Below, in pieces: positions 60,091 through 64,000 of a stretch of DNA of 64,000 nt (its first letter is position 1; each line of letters starts with the position of its first letter). Source of the stretch: the human T2T-CHM13v2.0 reference genome, Homo sapiens. Position numbers and translations under genes: made by a program. The notes under the pieces were generated by a model. The model was not told where the DNA came from. It was given only the letters and a program-made list of their open reading frames with translations, and did not search any database. The stretch lies in NCBI RefSeq assembly GCF_009914755.1, contig NC_060934.1; one strand, written 5' to 3'.

Positions 60091-63004
60091 AAACATAATG
60101 TCTTAACTCAAAAGAGAGCATGGCTACTTGTGCAGTGACAAAAGTGGCTGGCATATCAGGAATGATGACTCTGGCCTAGGAAGATGTTTGGGACCTGTGG
60201 AGCCTTTGGATGTGGAGTCCCTCAGATCACACTAGAATCTGGCTGCCTTCTCCACGAAGAGATTTCTGTGTGGAAGGTCCAGGCATCTGTGTTTTGCAGC
60301 TCCCCAGAAGGTTTTGAGGCCTGTGGGAAATGATGGGGGACTGCAGCACTTGTATGCTGTGATGTCGGAAGAATAACAGCCAGCGGCTCAGCAGCATTAA
60401 GGCTTTGTGGACTGTTCCTAGGCTTTTTCCGTCTCTCCTTTTTTTTTTTTTTTTTTTTTTTTGCCACAGTTGACATCTGTACGCCCCACGTCACGTGAGG
60501 TTAGTGTCTGAGCAGGGACTACAAGGAGCCAACAATCCTGACTTCTGGTCTACCTTTCCCCCAAGTACCCACAGCCTCCCTAATATCCAAATCCTCATGT
60601 AACTTTATGCAATGAAACATATCAAACTTTACATAGCATTGCCCAGCCTGTGCACGTTGAGGTATTTCAAAGCAAAAAGCATTATAAAGTCTTTGTGAAC
60701 CTCTCCCCACAAGCATGTAAAGCTTTGGGAACAGGCCAGGAACCACCTGCCTTGGCATACCATAGTGCTGTGACCATTGCAATTATATTTTCCAGATACA
60801 ATTCTTGGGGCATGCAGTCTGAGAATGCTTTGCCTCTGAATGGAGCACATGGTTTTTGGATAGGGAAATGTTGGCCTACAGATGTATGAAGGCTATGGTG
60901 TTGGTGGGGGTGCCGTAATAGGATAACTTGAGTCTGAATGTGTGAAGTGATGTTTCGACTAGAGCTGATTTTGGAAGTGGTTGTAGCTGGCACTGGGAGA
61001 TGAGGAGGCATGATGAGGGTGAGAATAATTCAATGTGAATTTTCAAGAGTTAGGCTCTTGAACTGTAAGAATGTAAACCTCAGGTCACTTTACTAAGAGG
61101 GGTTATATTGGGCCAAATGTCTGCATCTGCCTCCCACATTCATTCACCTGGCCCCACCTGCCTGCCCCCAGGTGCCCTGTATCTGGCTCAGGGCTGAGAA
61201 CCACAGCAGCCTGGCACCTACTCCCTAGTCCTGGCCTTGTGGTCTCATGTGGTCTGGGCTGCTCCCACCACATCCCGACTCAGGTGAAGTGTGGATCTGA
61301 GCGCACAGCTGCAAAGTACAGGGCCTGGGGCCTTGACCAGGAAGTGCAGGTGAGTTCACGTACCTGTACAGGGTGAAGACAGCCTGAAGGAGGTGTGGGC
61401 AGGAGGGGGCTTCATGCCCCACACAAGGAGGTTTGACCATTGAGACAGGAGGTGGTGGCAGTTGTGAATTTTTCTCCCTTCCCTGCCCACCTCCCTCCTC
61501 CTCCCACTCACACTCACATTGCTCCAGGTATGGTGATGCCTTTGGCCTGCCCCTGAACGTCCCATATACCTGGACAGCCAGCTGTGTCTTCTGAGGCCAT
61601 GAGCAGCTGGCAGCACATCCCTTGCATCTGCTTTCCCCACTCCCGCTTTGCTTCCTGCCCTCACTCTTGCTGCCCCGGGATTGCACCCATCTCCTCACAA
61701 AGCAGGAGCTGCGAAGATGTGCCTCAGGCTTTGTTCTCAAGGGAGGACAGGTCATTAGGGGCTGGTTGTAAAGCTGCACATAGAAAGCTATGCACATGCT
61801 TCACCTGGTTTCTTTTGACGTGGTCATAGGAGATTTAAATACCTTGGTTTTCCTTATCATGGAGGTATCTGTTTTTATGTGTTTGCTTTGGCCTCCTTTT
61901 CTTCTCAATTCACCAATTTATTTCCATATTTTTAATGCCAAGCCTCATAAGGAGTCCAGTGAATTGTCATATCCAATGAAGGTTGCAGTTGCTGGGCAAA
62001 TATTTTGTGTTGCGTAAGGTCGATTCATGGGTAGCTGACCAGCTTACTGATGAGCAATCCTTGGATTCATGGCCCTTTCAGGAGCAAGAGCAGCTGGCCC
62101 TATGTCTGTAAGTTAGAGTCTGTTGGTGGGCAGGGCCAGCTGGGTATGGCATGGTCAGTAGAAGTTGCAGCAGGATGAAGAAGGTGAGTTTTCAGCTCCT
62201 GTGGACTGGCTATCTGGCTGGCAATGTTTGTCCTGGGCTACTTAGGACTCCCACATAAGTTCCCTCCTGGCTGTCGTCCTGTATGTAGCTCAGCCTCCAT
62301 TCCCAGGCATCATTTAGGCCCTTGGACAGGGATCAGTAAAGTTGTTCACTAAGCGATGGCTAAGGTGTGCTGTTGTGCAGAAGACAGTATAAACGCAGGT
62401 GAGAATTCCATCTGTTCTATTTCTCAGGGGCATAGTAGCAAGTCAAGGGACAGCTTGCACTCTCTGAAGAACTAATCAAGATGTTGTAAGGAAGATGTGA
62501 CCTGGAGGTCATTTTGGGGAGTTTCGTGGCTGGTGAGTGAGAAGTGATCCCAGAACGAGGAGACAAAACAGAAAAGACAAACTGGAAAAAGTCAAGCATC
62601 AGCAGGTTGAACAGGGAAGGATGACACAAAGAGGAAGCGAAGGCCAAGGGAGCTGGTCAGCTCAGAGCCCCGTGGCTGCCTTGGCCCCAGGTTCTCCATG
62701 CTCATCAGTGTCAGCCTGGTGCTGGTCTCACAGGGCTTAGTGCTGAGCCAGACAGCCATGGTCCCTCCTGAGGGCTGAAGTGGGGTCTTAGCCCTGGGCC
62801 TTCCCCTTCCTCACCCAGCCTCCACTGCTGCTGCGTTGCCCGGGCCTGGGGTAGGAGGTGTGCATGGTGAGGAGGCTCAGGCTGCCTAAACTGAGTGCCT
62901 GCCATGTGCCGGCCACTGCTGGATGTGGACACTGCAGAGTCCACTGTGGGGCTCCCTCTCTGCTAAGGAAAATGTAGACAAGACCCGGCAGTGTGGCATG
63001 GCCA

Positions 63005-63565
63005 CGTGTGCACGCACATACAGATACACACACACATAGACACATATATACACACAGAAACATATATACACCCACATACAGGCACATACACAGTTACACA
63101 TACACATACAGACACACACATACACAGACACACATATAGACATACAGATGCACATATACACACAGACACATTTGCACACACAAACACACACATACACACA
63201 GTTACACACACGTACACATATAGACACACACATACACAGACATATACGCATGTGTACTATCCAGACACACACATACACATATGCACACGTACACACATAT
63301 ACATACACACATATACACATGCACATACACACGTGTACACATGCAGACACACAGACACATATACACACATACCAACACACACATACACACATGCACACAT
63401 ATATGCACACACATATAGACACACACAGCCACACATACACATACACATAGATACAGACACACATACAGACTCATACGCAAAAAAATACATAGTCACACAC
63501 ACATGCACACATATAAACACACCTACACACACAGACACATACCCAGACATACATATACACACACA
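63005..63565 (+). repeat. Long degenerate (CA/TA)n tract
   Basis: Direct reading. Confidence 0.95.
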
Positions 63566-63640
63566 AGGGAAAGACAAAAGGGATTAAAGAATTAGGGATT
63601 TAGGGAAACAGAAGCTTTGATACTCTGTATCAAAAATGTT

Positions 63641-63993
<353 letters not shown>

Positions 63994-64000
63994 TTAGATT

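Noticed and set aside
61225-61797. 190-aa - strand ORF
   Set aside because: Overlaps old LTR-like sequence and has no protein-family features.
62788-63587. His/Thr- and Cys/Val-rich ORFs
   Set aside because: Translations of the (CA/TA)n microsatellite; the same applies to ORFs over (CCAT)n at 21.6-22.1 kb and (CTCTC)n at 12.2-12.9 kb.

Overview
Human (primate) genomic DNA, repeat-rich, with no recognisable intact host protein-coding gene. The dominant feature is a full-length (~6.05 kb) human-specific LINE-1 on the - strand (45776-51827, 17-bp TSD, A33 tail). Diagnostic bases place it in L1HS Ta-1nd. ORF2 (1275 aa) and antisense ORF0 (71 aa) are open, but ORF1 carries a single in-frame nonsense codon (R130*, CGA>TGA). 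The window also holds a full-length THE1C MaLR provirus, solo LTRs (MER41, MER57, MST, THE1, MLT1/2), about 18 Alus, old L1/L2/MIR fragments, hAT MITEs and several microsatellites. Repeat annotation does not explain several locally templated copy or fold-back events: a chimeric TSD-flanked insert at 7.0-7.3 kb, a 299-bp copy inside a MIR, a 56-bp copy of an LTR fragment 10.5 kb away, a fold-back L1 5' junction, and two inverted repeats. There is also an unidentified disabled terminal coding exon at 5.2-5.65 kb and a TGACA-dense enhancer candidate at ~24 kb. I found no evidence of a genuinely new biological system. Subfamily names and consensus comparisons are from memory, and boundaries of old repeats are approximate.
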